Below, piece after piece: positions 54,146-54,146 of a stretch of DNA of 54,146 bases (the first letter of the stretch is position 1; each line of letters begins with the position of its first letter). The notes under the pieces are model-generated. The model made no database searches and was not told the DNA's origin. It worked only from the letters and a program-made list of their open reading frames with translations. The stretch covers positions 1 through 54,146 of the forward strand of contig CAYVHT010000001.1 in NCBI GenBank assembly GCA_964451455.1, written 5' to 3'. The position numbers were made by a program, and so were the translations under genes. This DNA comes from an uncultured archaeon (GTDB taxonomy: Archaea; Iainarchaeota; Iainarchaeia; JAADDC01).

Positions 54146-54146
54146 G

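Overview
This window is an archaeal chromosomal core region. It is densely packed on both strands, with many 1-10 nt start/stop overlaps and many apparently leaderless genes that have an A/T box about 25-30 nt upstream.

I call about 66 CDS and 5 intron-less tRNA genes: Leu-TAA, Ser-CGA, His-GTG, Leu-CAG and Arg-CCG. None encodes CCA. I saw no rRNA, CRISPR array, transposase or integrase.

Most of the content is textbook archaeal information processing:
- FtsZ-SecE-Spt5-L11-L1-P0-P1
- L7Ae-S28e-L24e-NDK-aIF5B-S6e-aIF2gamma-PIN
- Rpo7-Spt4-S24e-S27ae-Kae1
- L15e-DUF54-Rpp30-Pop5
- SMC, S2, S26e, and aIF5A sitting opposite deoxyhypusine synthase

The rest is envelope and glycan genes (GT4, GT2, NodB deacetylase, AglB/STT3), ion transporters, pyruvate kinase, a flavodiiron protein, an ABC-2 exporter and a partial TrpRS. 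The lineage cannot be fixed by eye.

The parts not explained by standard annotation are:
1. A self-contained three-gene operon just downstream of tRNA-His (40.5-42.95 kb). It encodes two paralogous proteins with an Hjc-like PD-(D/E)xK nuclease signature and a minimal kinase-like protein with a non-canonical catalytic loop.
2. A family of GC-rich, hairpin-forming repeat modules that fills essentially all the large intergenic space and always lies on the 3' side of tRNA genes. It includes a 35-nt near-identical repeat at three loci, a roughly 100-nt two-block element at two loci, a duplicated tRNA 3' end, and a hairpin with a conserved loop but different stems.
3. A MinD/ParA - Roadblock-like - PATAN-like operon.

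All protein assignments come from motif recognition by eye. No searches were run.
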